This document shows, one piece after another, positions 1 to 7,085 of a stretch of 44,210 bases of DNA. Position 1 is the first letter of the stretch; every line of letters starts with the position of its first letter. The stretch spans positions 1 to 44,210 of the forward strand of contig CAYGHU010000001.1 in assembly GCA_964349785.1 (NCBI GenBank), read 5' to 3'. Made by a program: the position numbers and the translations under genes. The notes under the pieces were generated by a model that worked only from the letters and a program-made list of their open reading frames with translations, was not told where the DNA came from and made no database searches. This DNA is from an uncultured Dehalococcoidaceae bacterium (GTDB lineage Bacteria; Chloroflexota; Dehalococcoidia; UBA2979).

Positions 1-312
1 TGCCCGTCGTGCGCCTGGGAGTCACCTGACAATCCGGCCGAGATTCTGCCACCGACAGACGAGGATGGTTCGCCCGCTCCCGAGCCAGCGAAGGCAACAC
101 GACCTGCGCGGCCGGAACCGGAACCGTGCCCAGATTGCGGAGGGCGAAAGTGGCGGACGAGCGCCCGTTGCAGAAACTGCCGCATGGCGTGCCACGGGAC
201 GAGATGGCGGTACGTCAGTGGGTGCCGGTGCGCCGACTGCAAACTCGCCCACGCGGAGTACATGCGCAAATACACAGACCAGCGCAAACGGCGCAAGCAG
301 GCTGCCTCGTGA
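1..312 (+). CDS. C-terminal part of a Cys-rich zinc-finger protein (5' truncated by the window edge)
   Basis: Frame 1 is open from nt 1 to TGA 310-312. It reads CPSC...CPDCGG...CRNCRMAC...GCRCADCKLAHAEYMRKY. GC3 is coding-like. Confidence 0.55.
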   Translation, partial: CPSCAWESPDNPAEILPPTDEDGSPAPEPAKATRPARPEPEPCPDCGGRKWRTSARCRNCRMACHGTRWRYVSGCRCADCKLAHAEYMRKYTDQRKRRKQAAS

Positions 313-334
313 CCACAGTTCACGTCGAGCGTCG

Positions 335-1798
335 ATGAGCGCACTCGCAGCAACGGCACAGGGGAACGGCTGGTGGCGCTACGGGGAAGGCACGTTCGTC
401 TTCAAGGAACATCCGGTGGTGCTGCGGCTCCGGGATGTCCACACGGACGATGGGCATGTCATCGCGAACGTCCATTGCTTCGAGGACACCGGCGACGGCT
501 CCGGCGAGACCCGCTTCCTGGCACGAGCTCGAGTAAACCTTACTAGCGACCGCTCCCTTCCTGGCTTCGTGCGAGCCTGCCAGTCCGCCTATAAGTGGAT
601 GGACCCGGCGATACCGGGCAAGAAGGGCGAGCCTGCCACGCCGCCGGCAGACCGCTGGGGGCCGCTGCTCGACAAAGTCTGCGTTGTGCTCATGGAGCAG
701 ATGGACTCCAAGGGGACGCGGACTCGCCTTACGCCGATGGTCGGGGCCGAGCTGGCGCAGCCGATGGCGTTCCGAGGCTTCATCCCCGCCAACACAGTGA
801 GCGGCATCATTGCCCACGGCGGGACAGGAAAGTCCATGCTGTCCGTCCTGCTGTGTCTTGCCGTGGCTACCGGGCAGCGCATCGGCCCGTTCGAGCCGCT
901 GATTCAGGGGCCGTGTCTCTACCTCGATTGGGAGAACGACGACAAGATGCACCGTCGTCGCCTCACGCGCCTCTGCGACGGCCTGGGGCTGCCGTTCCCG
1001 AACAACATCATGCACTACGCCGCTCGCGGGAAGCTGACGAGCGCCGAGAGTGACATCGTCGAGCTGGCCTACGAAGAAGGGGCCGTGTTCTCCGTGCTCG
1101 ACTCCATCGGCTTTGCGGCCGGCGGGAACCTCAACGACTCCGAGGTTTCGACGCACGCGGTCAACGTCTTGAAGCACATTCCGGGCACGAAGGTCATGGT
1201 CGCGCACGTCACAAAGGCCGCTGCAGAGTTCGGGGACAGCACCAAGACACCGATCGGCTCGGCGTTCTTTTGGAACGGGCCGCAGGCGGTCTACGAGCTG
1301 CGCGTGAGCGAGGACCTGGACAAGGCCGAGGCCGTGTTTGCTGTCTCCCAGAACAAGGCCAACGTAGGGCCAAAGTTGAGGCGCCCGGTCGGGGTGAAGC
1401 TGGTCTTCCAAGATCCAGACGGGCCGATCTTTGCTGACGAGCACGAAGTGAAGGATGGCGAGGTGGGGGCCGAAATCTTGCCGCTGCCGCTTCGGGTTCG
1501 CGACGTGCTGGGGCGCCTGGGGGCGCTGACGACGGCTGCGATATGCGACGAGCTGGGTGTGGTCACGAAACCGGAGTCCGAAAGCGTGGGGCGCATCCTG
1601 CGGGACATGCGGATGAAGAAAATCGTGACATCCCTGGCTCCGGAGTTCGGGACGAAGCGGACAGACTACCGCTGGGCGCTCGCGGTGCAGGACGAGAACG
1701 AGCCTACGCCGCTCCTGGGGCGCTGTCGCTGCGGGAAGCCGGCCGATCGGTATCACGACATCACAGGCGTCGCGTGCTGCGAGGCTCACAGTGGCTAG
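335..1798 (+). CDS. RepA/AAA_25-type RecA-fold ATPase (replication initiator/helicase-like) with a C-terminal wHTH-like region
   Basis: Walker A IIAHGGTGKSMLSVLL, then CLYLDWEND and VMVAHVTK strands typical of RepA/KaiC-like AAA_25. ATG 335 is preferred over the Arg-rich 5' extension of ORF 65..1798. Confidence 0.8.
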   Translation: MSALAATAQGNGWWRYGEGTFVFKEHPVVLRLRDVHTDDGHVIANVHCFEDTGDGSGETRFLARARVNLTSDRSLPGFVRACQSAYKWMDPAIPGKKGEPATPPADRWGPLLDKVCVVLMEQMDSKGTRTRLTPMVGAELAQPMAFRGFIPANTVSGIIAHGGTGKSMLSVLLCLAVATGQRIGPFEPLIQGPCLYLDWENDDKMHRRRLTRLCDGLGLPFPNNIMHYAARGKLTSAESDIVELAYEEGAVFSVLDSIGFAAGGNLNDSEVSTHAVNVLKHIPGTKVMVAHVTKAAAEFGDSTKTPIGSAFFWNGPQAVYELRVSEDLDKAEAVFAVSQNKANVGPKLRRPVGVKLVFQDPDGPIFADEHEVKDGEVGAEILPLPLRVRDVLGRLGALTTAAICDELGVVTKPESESVGRILRDMRMKKIVTSLAPEFGTKRTDYRWALAVQDENEPTPLLGRCRCGKPADRYHDITGVACCEAHSG

Positions 1799-2181
1799 GC
1801 CGGAGTGAGCGTCACCCTGACGTAGGGGCCGGACTTGAGGTCGACGTCGACCTCGGCGATTTTCATGTGCTCCCAGGTGTCATTGACGAGGGCCTTTGCG
1901 TCTCTTAGTCCGTCGAGAAGTGTTTTCGCGCCGCCTACGGCGTTGTCTGCGTCGAGCGGTGCGTACAGGCCGGCAGTTCGTGCGCCTTTCAGGCACCAGA
2001 CGAGCGACACGGCGACGCGGTCCGGTGCTTGCCACTTCTTCTCCCGCACGGCGACCTCGGCGAGCAGGTGCACGTCTCCGCGGTACTCGGCAACAGCCTG
2101 CGCCTTGGCTCGCCAGTAGGCGCGGCCGTTCGGGGACAGGTGGCGCGGTGGGAGTGGGAGCTCGATGACGAGCGGGTTCAC
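1795..2181 (-). CDS. rusA: RusA-family Holliday junction resolvase
   Basis: Motifs ELPLPPRHLSPNGRAYWRAKAQAV...LDADNAVGGAKTLLDGL. GTG 2181 overlaps the stop of the upstream mini-ORF as GTGA. The stop overlaps the convergent gene stop as CTAG (1795-1798). Confidence 0.8.
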   Translation of the reverse strand: MNPLVIELPLPPRHLSPNGRAYWRAKAQAVAEYRGDVHLLAEVAVREKKWQAPDRVAVSLVWCLKGARTAGLYAPLDADNAVGGAKTLLDGLRDAKALVNDTWEHMKIAEVDVDLKSGPYVRVTLTPA

Positions 2182-2267
2182 CAGCGGCGGCGGTAGGTGT
2201 GGATGATGGCGGCGGTCGAGGCCGTGAACGCGGCTAGGCTCGCCACCAGGGAGCACACAAGGAGCAT
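2178..2267 (-). CDS. 29-aa hydrophobic peptide (MLLVCSLVASLAAFTASTAAIIHTYRRRW)
   Basis: Not in the ORF track (<60 aa). ATG lies 2 nt after the upstream stop (TGAGGATG). GC3 is about 90%, higher than the alternative RusA 5' extension frame. Its stop overlaps the RusA GTG. Confidence 0.35.
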   Translation of the reverse strand: MLLVCSLVASLAAFTASTAAIIHTYRRRW

Positions 2268-2269
2268 CC

Positions 2270-2542
2270 TCACTCTGAGAGCCGGAACGGGTTGTCCCTC
2301 TCGGGCGGCAATCCGCCTCCGAGCATCTTCTCGAACAGCTTGCGGACCGCGCGCCAGGCGGCGAGGCCGATGGCTGAGCGGATCACGATGGAGAGGGTGT
2401 TGAAGTCCGGCGTGTCCTGGTAGAGCACGCCGGAGCTGAGGACGATGAACGCGAGCACGGCCAGGGCGTCCCGCTCTGCCTTGCGTAGCGTCTCAGGCTG
2501 GCCGAAATAGAGTCGCTGGGCCTTCCGCCACAGGTCGCTCAT
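2270..2542 (-). CDS. Two-TM small membrane protein, holin-like by position
   Basis: Hydrophobic segments ALAVLAFIVLSSGVLY and LSIVIRSAIGLAAW. ATGA overlap with the upstream gene. Lies downstream of the endolysin. Confidence 0.5.
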   Translation of the reverse strand: MSDLWRKAQRLYFGQPETLRKAERDALAVLAFIVLSSGVLYQDTPDFNTLSIVIRSAIGLAAWRAVRKLFEKMLGGGLPPERDNPFRLSE

Positions 2543-2781
2543 GCGCGTGCCGGCCAGTCCCAATACACGCTCGGCTTGTTGTCCGGGTCGGGGAATTGGC
2601 TGATGTGCTGCACCGACGTCTGCCAATCGGCGACGGACGGGCGATCGTTCGAGCCGTCCCGGAGAACTTGAAGGTTTACCGTCCCGGTGGTGCCCCAGAC
2701 GCGAACGATGATCGCGGCGCGTGGGCCGTCGAGGTCGGGGTGGAAGTAGTGGACGATTCGACCTACTGACAGACCTTCCAT
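2539..2781 (-). CDS. Hypothetical 80-aa protein in the lysis cassette
   Basis: ORF starts immediately after the endolysin stop (TAAATG). Coding-like composition, no TM segment. Confidence 0.6.
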   Translation of the reverse strand: MEGLSVGRIVHYFHPDLDGPRAAIIVRVWGTTGTVNLQVLRDGSNDRPSVADWQTSVQHISQFPDPDNKPSVYWDWPARA

Positions 2782-3561
2782 TTACTTTGCCTCCTCGTAC
2801 GCTTTCTTCACGGCTGCGGACGATTGACTGACGACAGCGCCAAGCCGGTTCTGCTGGAGCGTGTAGCCGTCGAGCAGGCTATTCCCGGTGGCGAACGCTG
2901 AGCCGTTCCATGCCTGCAGGCGCTTGAGTTGTGCCGCTGGGTCAGTCAGGCCGGTGAGGGCCTGGGCGACGGCTGCTGTCAGTGGGTCGGGCATGTCTTC
3001 CTCCTCGTTGGCGTCACGGACGGCACGGACCCACGCTCGGGCGTATCGGTCGCTGGCGCAGGCGGTCGGCGCGGTGCCGTACTTCGCTGCGAGCTCCTTG
3101 TGCTGCCACAGGTTCTTGCCGGCGCCGCTCGATACCGCTGGGCCTATCAGGGGCCGGAGATCCCTAACCAGCCGGCAGAACGTGTCCTCCGCGGCTGGGG
3201 TCAGGGGCTCGCCGTAGTTCGGGGCCAGTCCGCCCTCGGCTTCGATGCTGATGGTGGTGGTGTTGGCATCAGGGCCTCCGCTCGTCCAGGTGCAGGCGAA
3301 CAGCGGGTACATCTGGATGAGCAGGCCATTCTCACGGAGCACAAAGTGCACGCTGGCGGTCGCGTTCGCGGTGTAGCGTCCATCGGGGCCGCGCGAGGTG
3401 TCGAGGAAACGGTTAGGGATGCCGTCGCTGAATTCGTCTTCGCGTCCTACGACGGAGTGCACCGCAAGTGCCCTGCATGAGTTCCTCTGCGAGTAAACTT
3501 TGTCGGGCACGCCGGGTCGGTGCTGAGCCCAATCGATCCAGCCGTCAGGTGTAATGCCCAA
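2782..3561 (-). CDS. N-acetylmuramoyl-L-alanine amidase-type endolysin (Amidase_2/PGRP-like)
   Basis: Reads LAVHSVVG...ASVHFVL...ISIEAEGG...LWQHKELAAKYGTAPTAC, matching the Zn-ligand spacing of Amidase_2. TTG start with a GGAGG 9 nt upstream. Confidence 0.7.
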   Translation of the reverse strand: MGITPDGWIDWAQHRPGVPDKVYSQRNSCRALAVHSVVGREDEFSDGIPNRFLDTSRGPDGRYTANATASVHFVLRENGLLIQMYPLFACTWTSGGPDANTTTISIEAEGGLAPNYGEPLTPAAEDTFCRLVRDLRPLIGPAVSSGAGKNLWQHKELAAKYGTAPTACASDRYARAWVRAVRDANEEEDMPDPLTAAVAQALTGLTDPAAQLKRLQAWNGSAFATGNSLLDGYTLQQNRLGAVVSQSSAAVKKAYEEAK

Positions 3562-3625
3562 ATGCTCGCGCCTCCACGATGAATCATCGTGAGTCCACGA
3601 GCATTAGGCAAGATGCGGGAAAGGG

Positions 3626-3760
3626 TTAGCCGGGGTCTTGGTCGCTCCCGTCCGGGTAGCAGATGCCGATCGAACCGTCTTCGTAGGCGCTCCAGCAGTC
3701 TCCGGTGATACCTGTCAGGGAGCGGGCGAGCAGCGCCACGAGCGCAAGCCAGAGGATCAT
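3626..3760 (-). CDS. 44-aa signal-peptide/TM-bearing peptide (MILWLALVALLARSLTG...)
   Basis: Not in the ORF track. ATGA overlap with the upstream HTH gene. Hydrophobic N-terminus, two Cys. No canonical lipobox. Confidence 0.4.
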   Translation of the reverse strand: MILWLALVALLARSLTGITGDCWSAYEDGSIGICYPDGSDQDPG

Positions 3761-3954
3761 TTCTGGTTCCTCGTCCAGCCAGCGGGGCCTGAGGCTCGCG
3801 GCTTCATCTTCTCAACGTCGGCTTCGGTGAACAGGCGCACGCGTTCGGTTGCCTGAATGCCTATGCCGCGTTCCTTGGCGCGGCGTCGGATCAGGGATGC
3901 CGAGACCCCCAGTCGCTCGGCGATGTCGGCGGCGGTGAGGTAGGACAGTGTCAC
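3757..3954 (-). CDS. Xis/MerR-like helix-turn-helix DNA-binding protein (65 aa)
   Basis: Reads YLTAADIAERLGVSASLIRRRAKERGI...RLFTEADVEKM, an excisionase-type HTH. GTG 3954 overlaps the upstream stop as GTGA. Confidence 0.55.
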   Translation of the reverse strand: MTLSYLTAADIAERLGVSASLIRRRAKERGIGIQATERVRLFTEADVEKMKPRASGPAGWTRNQK

Positions 3955-4493
3955 AGCAAGACTCCCTGATTCATGGGCACGGCTGGCGCCTTCTTCGGAG
4001 CGTCGAGCAGGCGCGCCTGGGTCGAACGATACCCGTTGTGCTCGGCCTCGGTCGCGTAGGTGTCCTCGGCGGTGCCGTCGAGCGCGACGCGCTTCACGGT
4101 GGCCTCGGGCTTTGCCCAATCGTGCCAGGGCGTCGGGTGCGTCTCCGGGCATAGGCGCGGCTGGCATTGGTGGCCTCGGGTCTTGTCGGCGTTCCAATGG
4201 ATGACCACGGGTTCGCCTTTGTACTGATGGGCGGGCGCGTTCTTCACGTGGTAGGCGGGCATTTCGCAGGTGCAGAGTCCCCATGGATCGTAGCTACCGG
4301 GCTCGGGGTTCAACTGCTCGTGCTGGATGCGGATGTCGTGGAAGGCGAACGGGCTGAGCGAGCCTAACCGCTTCCCATTCTCACCGAACAGGAACACGGC
4401 GCCGCAGCTGGGATTCTGGCACTCGCGGTATCGGGGTGGGTTGGCATCGGCCGGCCACGGTGCGAGCGCGCCGTTACACTCCGGGCAGATCAT
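3951..4493 (-). CDS. Hypothetical zinc-ribbon protein (180 aa)
   Basis: N-terminal MICPECNG...CQNPSCG. ATGA overlap with the upstream gene. Confidence 0.7.
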   Translation of the reverse strand: MICPECNGALAPWPADANPPRYRECQNPSCGAVFLFGENGKRLGSLSPFAFHDIRIQHEQLNPEPGSYDPWGLCTCEMPAYHVKNAPAHQYKGEPVVIHWNADKTRGHQCQPRLCPETHPTPWHDWAKPEATVKRVALDGTAEDTYATEAEHNGYRSTQARLLDAPKKAPAVPMNQGVLL

Positions 4494-4660
4494 TTGGGCA
4501 GTCCGTGGGCCTGGCGGGCCTCGATGGCCTTGGTTTCGAGGTAGTCGGACAGGCTGATCCGCTGCTGCTCCTGCTCGAACGGGAGGCCAGCGGCGCGCAG
4601 GTGCCGAACGGCGCGTAGCAGGATGAGTAGGTCGGGCTCGGTGAGGATGATAGTGATCAT
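4490..4660 (-). CDS. Hypothetical 56-aa protein; N-terminus paralogous to the ORF starting at 5762
   Basis: Sequence MITIILTEPDLLILLRAVRHLRAAG. GAGGA sits upstream of ATG 4660. Confidence 0.55.
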   Translation of the reverse strand: MITIILTEPDLLILLRAVRHLRAAGLPFEQEQQRISLSDYLETKAIEARQAHGLPK

Positions 4661-4743
4661 CGGTGTCCTCTCAGTTGGTCGATGATGCAGAAGGCGATGG
4701 CCCCCCAGAGGGGAGCCACCACCAGGACGAAGGCGAGAATCAC
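4657..4743 (-). CDS. 28-aa TM peptide (VILAFVLVVAPLWGAIAFCIIDQLRGHR)
   Basis: Not in the ORF track. GTGA overlap upstream and ATGA overlap downstream. Confidence 0.35.
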   Translation of the reverse strand: MILAFVLVVAPLWGAIAFCIIDQLRGHR

Positions 4744-5036
4744 GAGAGCTCTGCCAGTAGCAGCGCCTTTGCGTACTTCGCCTCTTGCCTGCCAAGGTTC
4801 CGGCCGTAGTGGCGGTCGTTCGAGCTGATGATTGCGGTGAAAATGGCGCCGCGCTCCGGGCTCCAGTCGGCTTCTTCGCCAACCATGAAACCACCCGGAA
4901 TGTAGATAGGCGGGACGGCTCCGAGCAGGTCCCACATGTGCGCTTCGCTCATTTCTACCCATGCGGTCGACTCCGCTTTGTGAGCGTCGGTGATTGCTGG
5001 GAACGGCCATGCGTCGCGGCTGTCGATGATGGTCAC
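4740..5036 (-). CDS. Hypothetical 98-aa protein
   Basis: GTG start overlapping the upstream stop as GTGA. Globular-looking sequence (MWDLLGAVPPIYIPGGFMVGEE). Confidence 0.7.
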   Translation of the reverse strand: MTIIDSRDAWPFPAITDAHKAESTAWVEMSEAHMWDLLGAVPPIYIPGGFMVGEEADWSPERGAIFTAIISSNDRHYGRNLGRQEAKYAKALLLAELS

Positions 5037-5197
5037 AGCAGGGACTCGGCGATCTGCGTGCCGTACCAGCGAGCCATATTTGAGAGCTGGCGCTGCCAGG
5101 CGCCGGCCTCGGCCTGGACCTTCACCGCTCGCGCGGCTAGTCGCTCAATTCGGGCATCTCGCCGCATCTCGAATCGGTTGGGGTTCTCCGTGCTCAT
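5033..5197 (-). CDS. Hypothetical 54-aa helical protein (MSTENPNRFEMRRDARIERLAARAV...)
   Basis: Not in the ORF track. Preceded by the conserved leader GTCTTGGAGGACACA. Confidence 0.5.
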   Translation of the reverse strand: MSTENPNRFEMRRDARIERLAARAVKVQAEAGAWQRQLSNMARWYGTQIAESLL

Positions 5198-5262
5198 TTT
5201 GATGTGTCCTCCAAGACAGTGCTAACGCCGAAGCGAAGGGCGGAAGGTAGCGGGTCCGAAAC

Positions 5263-5394
5263 CTACTTAGGGCGATTGGTTTGGCGGTCGAGCCATGCCG
5301 CGCACTCTTCGCAGACAGGCACTTCGCCGAGGATTGGATGCCTGACGGTTTTGGTTGTGGTGTTTGGGCAGAGTGCGAACCATTGGCAATTCAT
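5263..5394 (-). CDS. 43-aa Cys4 mini zinc-binding protein (MNCQWFALCPN...VCEECAAW)
   Basis: ATGA overlap with the upstream gene. CxxxxxC...CxxC pattern. Confidence 0.55.
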   Translation of the reverse strand: MNCQWFALCPNTTTKTVRHPILGEVPVCEECAAWLDRQTNRPK

Positions 5395-5621
5395 GATTCG
5401 CAGTCCTCGCCACCGCAGCGGGTCGAGAGCGAGCGGCGAACGATTTGGTACTCGGCGCCGTAGATATCGGTGTAGTCGTTGTCGGCGACGTTCGAGCGGG
5501 CCATATCCATCTCGACGCAATAACCGCAGTAGTACAGGCCCTCGCGGTGCTCCCCGTCTTCGTCGGCGAGGAGCTGGAACATTTGCTTCGTGGCGGGCTG
5601 GCGGGTGGCGGTCTTAGGCAT
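5391..5621 (-). CDS. Hypothetical 76-aa Cys-containing protein (MPKTATRQ...YYCGYC...)
   Basis: Internal ATG 5621 has AAGGAG 7 nt upstream. GC3 rises downstream of this start. Confidence 0.55.
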   Translation of the reverse strand: MPKTATRQPATKQMFQLLADEDGEHREGLYYCGYCVEMDMARSNVADNDYTDIYGAEYQIVRRSLSTRCGGEDCES

Positions 5622-5762
5622 TGACCGACTCCTTGTGGATGGTGTCGCACATGTAGGGCGGGATAACCGTTCTGCATCGGTTACCCATAGGGAAAAACGG
5701 GCGGCGCGTACGGCGGAGAGCAGGATTCGTAGCTCATCGTCTGAAACGGTGATCGTGTTCAT
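5614..5762 (-). other. Small ORF with a reading-frame discontinuity at an A5/T5 run (frameshift, sequencing error or phase-variable site)
   Basis: ATG 5762 opens MNTITVSDDELRILLSAVRAARF. After the T5 run (plus strand A5 at 5693-5697), coding-like GC3 moves to the -1 frame. That frame ends at TAA 5614-5616, overlapping the next ATG. Confidence 0.35.
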
Positions 5763-5950
5763 CCTGCGTGGCTCCATCCGCGAGGGCTGCGGGCCTGGCC
5801 CATCGTGAAACGGCGGTATTCCTCGTCTTGCTTGCGGTCTACCGGGTCTTTCGACTCGCGGTACACGGGGCAGGTCGTTTCATGGCTGCCGTATCGCAGG
5901 GTGAATTGGGCGTGCGGTGCGAGGGTCGAGACGTAGCAGTTACAGGTCAT
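5759..5950 (-). CDS. Hypothetical 63-aa Cys-rich protein (MTCNCYVS...), first gene of the leftward operon
   Basis: ATG 5950 preceded by GTCTTGGAGGACACAG. ATGA overlap with the next ORF. Confidence 0.55.
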   Translation of the reverse strand: MTCNCYVSTLAPHAQFTLRYGSHETTCPVYRESKDPVDRKQDEEYRRFTMGQARSPRGWSHAG

Positions 5951-6090
5951 CTGTGTCCTCCAAGACGTTTGGTCGTCGGTCAACGATGAACCGGCGCCAC
6001 GTCTGTTCTACCCTTGTTCGTCGTAGGGTTGCAATAGGGAACGGCAATATATGACGCATCGTCGTCGAATAACGACACATCGTCGTCACC

Positions 6091-6148
6091 AGAGGGAAAC
6101 GGATGTCTCCGGTATCAGCATCCGTTGTTATGGCTGAGGCTAACGGTA
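6091..6148 (+). repeat. 58-bp imperfect direct repeat, copy 1
   Basis: Sequence agagggaaacggatgtctccggtatcagcatccgttgttatggctgaggctaacggta. Internal inverted repeat AACGGATG/CATCCGTT. Confidence 0.8.
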
Positions 6149-6233
6149 TCCCTCGGTAATGGCGCCGAGGTGCCGGGCCTCACCATCCCTGTACTTGACA
6201 AAACGTGAGATTAACAACGCTCGGTCATACCGG

Positions 6234-6291
6234 AGAGGGAAACGGAGACATCCGCCATTGCTATCCGTTGTTATGCGTGGGGCTAACGGAA
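6234..6291 (+). repeat. 58-bp imperfect direct repeat, copy 2
   Basis: 44/58 positions identical to copy 1 by hand alignment. The flanks and the AACGGA/TCCGTT stem are conserved and the loop is divergent. Confidence 0.8.
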
Positions 6292-6590
6292 CTCGTTATC
6301 GTCAACTGCAGATTCGGTGACGACCAATCGTCGCCAGATAACGCTGTCAAGTGTATCGTCTACAGGAGCGAAGCCTCCCCAGGGCGAGAGCGGAGGTAGA
6401 CAAGTAAGGGCGGGTATTGTCTTAGACGCAGACTCGCTGCGCTGCGTTTGCTTAATACCGAATCCGGTAATTAGTCACTGACTACAGTCACCATGGACGG
6501 AGCTAAAGCTCTACTCTCCCGAGGGGCTTTGAACCTACGGTTCTAAGGACTCCCTTTCGTCCCTTCCTGGTATTCGCTACTCTCATTCCA

Positions 6591-7085
6591 ATGACTGACT
6601 CGGCGCGTTCCCTCGACCTGGTGAACCTCGATGCATCTGACATCGCCACCATTGCCGATTCCCTCCCCAGCCTCCTCGACGAAGCGTTACCCCTGCTGTG
6701 GGGTCTGCTACGGAGTCGTAATAGTCGCGAGAAAGCGGCCATTCTTGGCATGGCGAAGGGCGAAGGGCGCCGCTCCGCGGCTATTCGTCTCGGAATCAGT
6801 CCCATCGAGCTCTATAACCTGATGAACGAGGACCCGGATCTACGGGAAGCCATCGAATTCGCTGAAGCTATCGCGATTGCACAGCCGGAAGGCGAGCTGA
6901 GGCGCCGTGCGCTGGCCGGCAATGACGACAGAGGGTCAATGCGAGCGTTGGAGATCTACCTCAAGCGGCATGATCCGGCATACCGCGACGCTCCCAGCAC
7001 GCAGATAACGTTGGTCAATGAGGCCAGTAGGGCACAGGCATCCGTCCAATCACGATGGGTCCCCACAGCCTCGGATTCTGCATAA
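6591..7085 (+). CDS. terS: Terminase small subunit-like HTH protein
   Basis: Reads AAIRLGISPIELYNLMNEDPDLREAIEFAEAIA...GELRRRAL...MRALEIYLKRHDPAYRD, resembling the TerS HTH plus helical tail pattern. First gene of the rightward operon. Confidence 0.6.
   Translation: MTDSARSLDLVNLDASDIATIADSLPSLLDEALPLLWGLLRSRNSREKAAILGMAKGEGRRSAAIRLGISPIELYNLMNEDPDLREAIEFAEAIAIAQPEGELRRRALAGNDDRGSMRALEIYLKRHDPAYRDAPSTQITLVNEASRAQASVQSRWVPTASDSA

Larger units (their letters stand above)
5984..6590. promoter_or_regulatory. Divergent intergenic control region with iterated motifs and hairpins (promoters, pac or ori candidate)
   Basis: No credible ORF. Lies between the leftward operon and terS. Contains AGGGAAACGG-type motifs, ATCGTCG/GATAACG repeats and several inverted repeats. 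Confidence 0.6.

Noticed and set aside
65-334. 5' extension of the RepA-like ORF (start at 65)
   Set aside because: The extension is an Arg-rich, junk-like translation that overlaps the better frame-1 zinc-finger ORF ending at 312. ATG 335 gives a sensible N-terminus.
6195-6200. TTGACA hexamer in the control region as a sigma70-type -35 box
   Set aside because: No acceptable -10 hexamer lies at 16-19 bp spacing. The host and its promoter consensus are unknown.
6480-6590. Possible tRNA or tmRNA-like element (GGTTCAAAGCC-like string on the minus strand near 6520-6540)
   Set aside because: No acceptor stem, D-arm or anticodon arm could be built in either orientation. Only short local hairpins are present.
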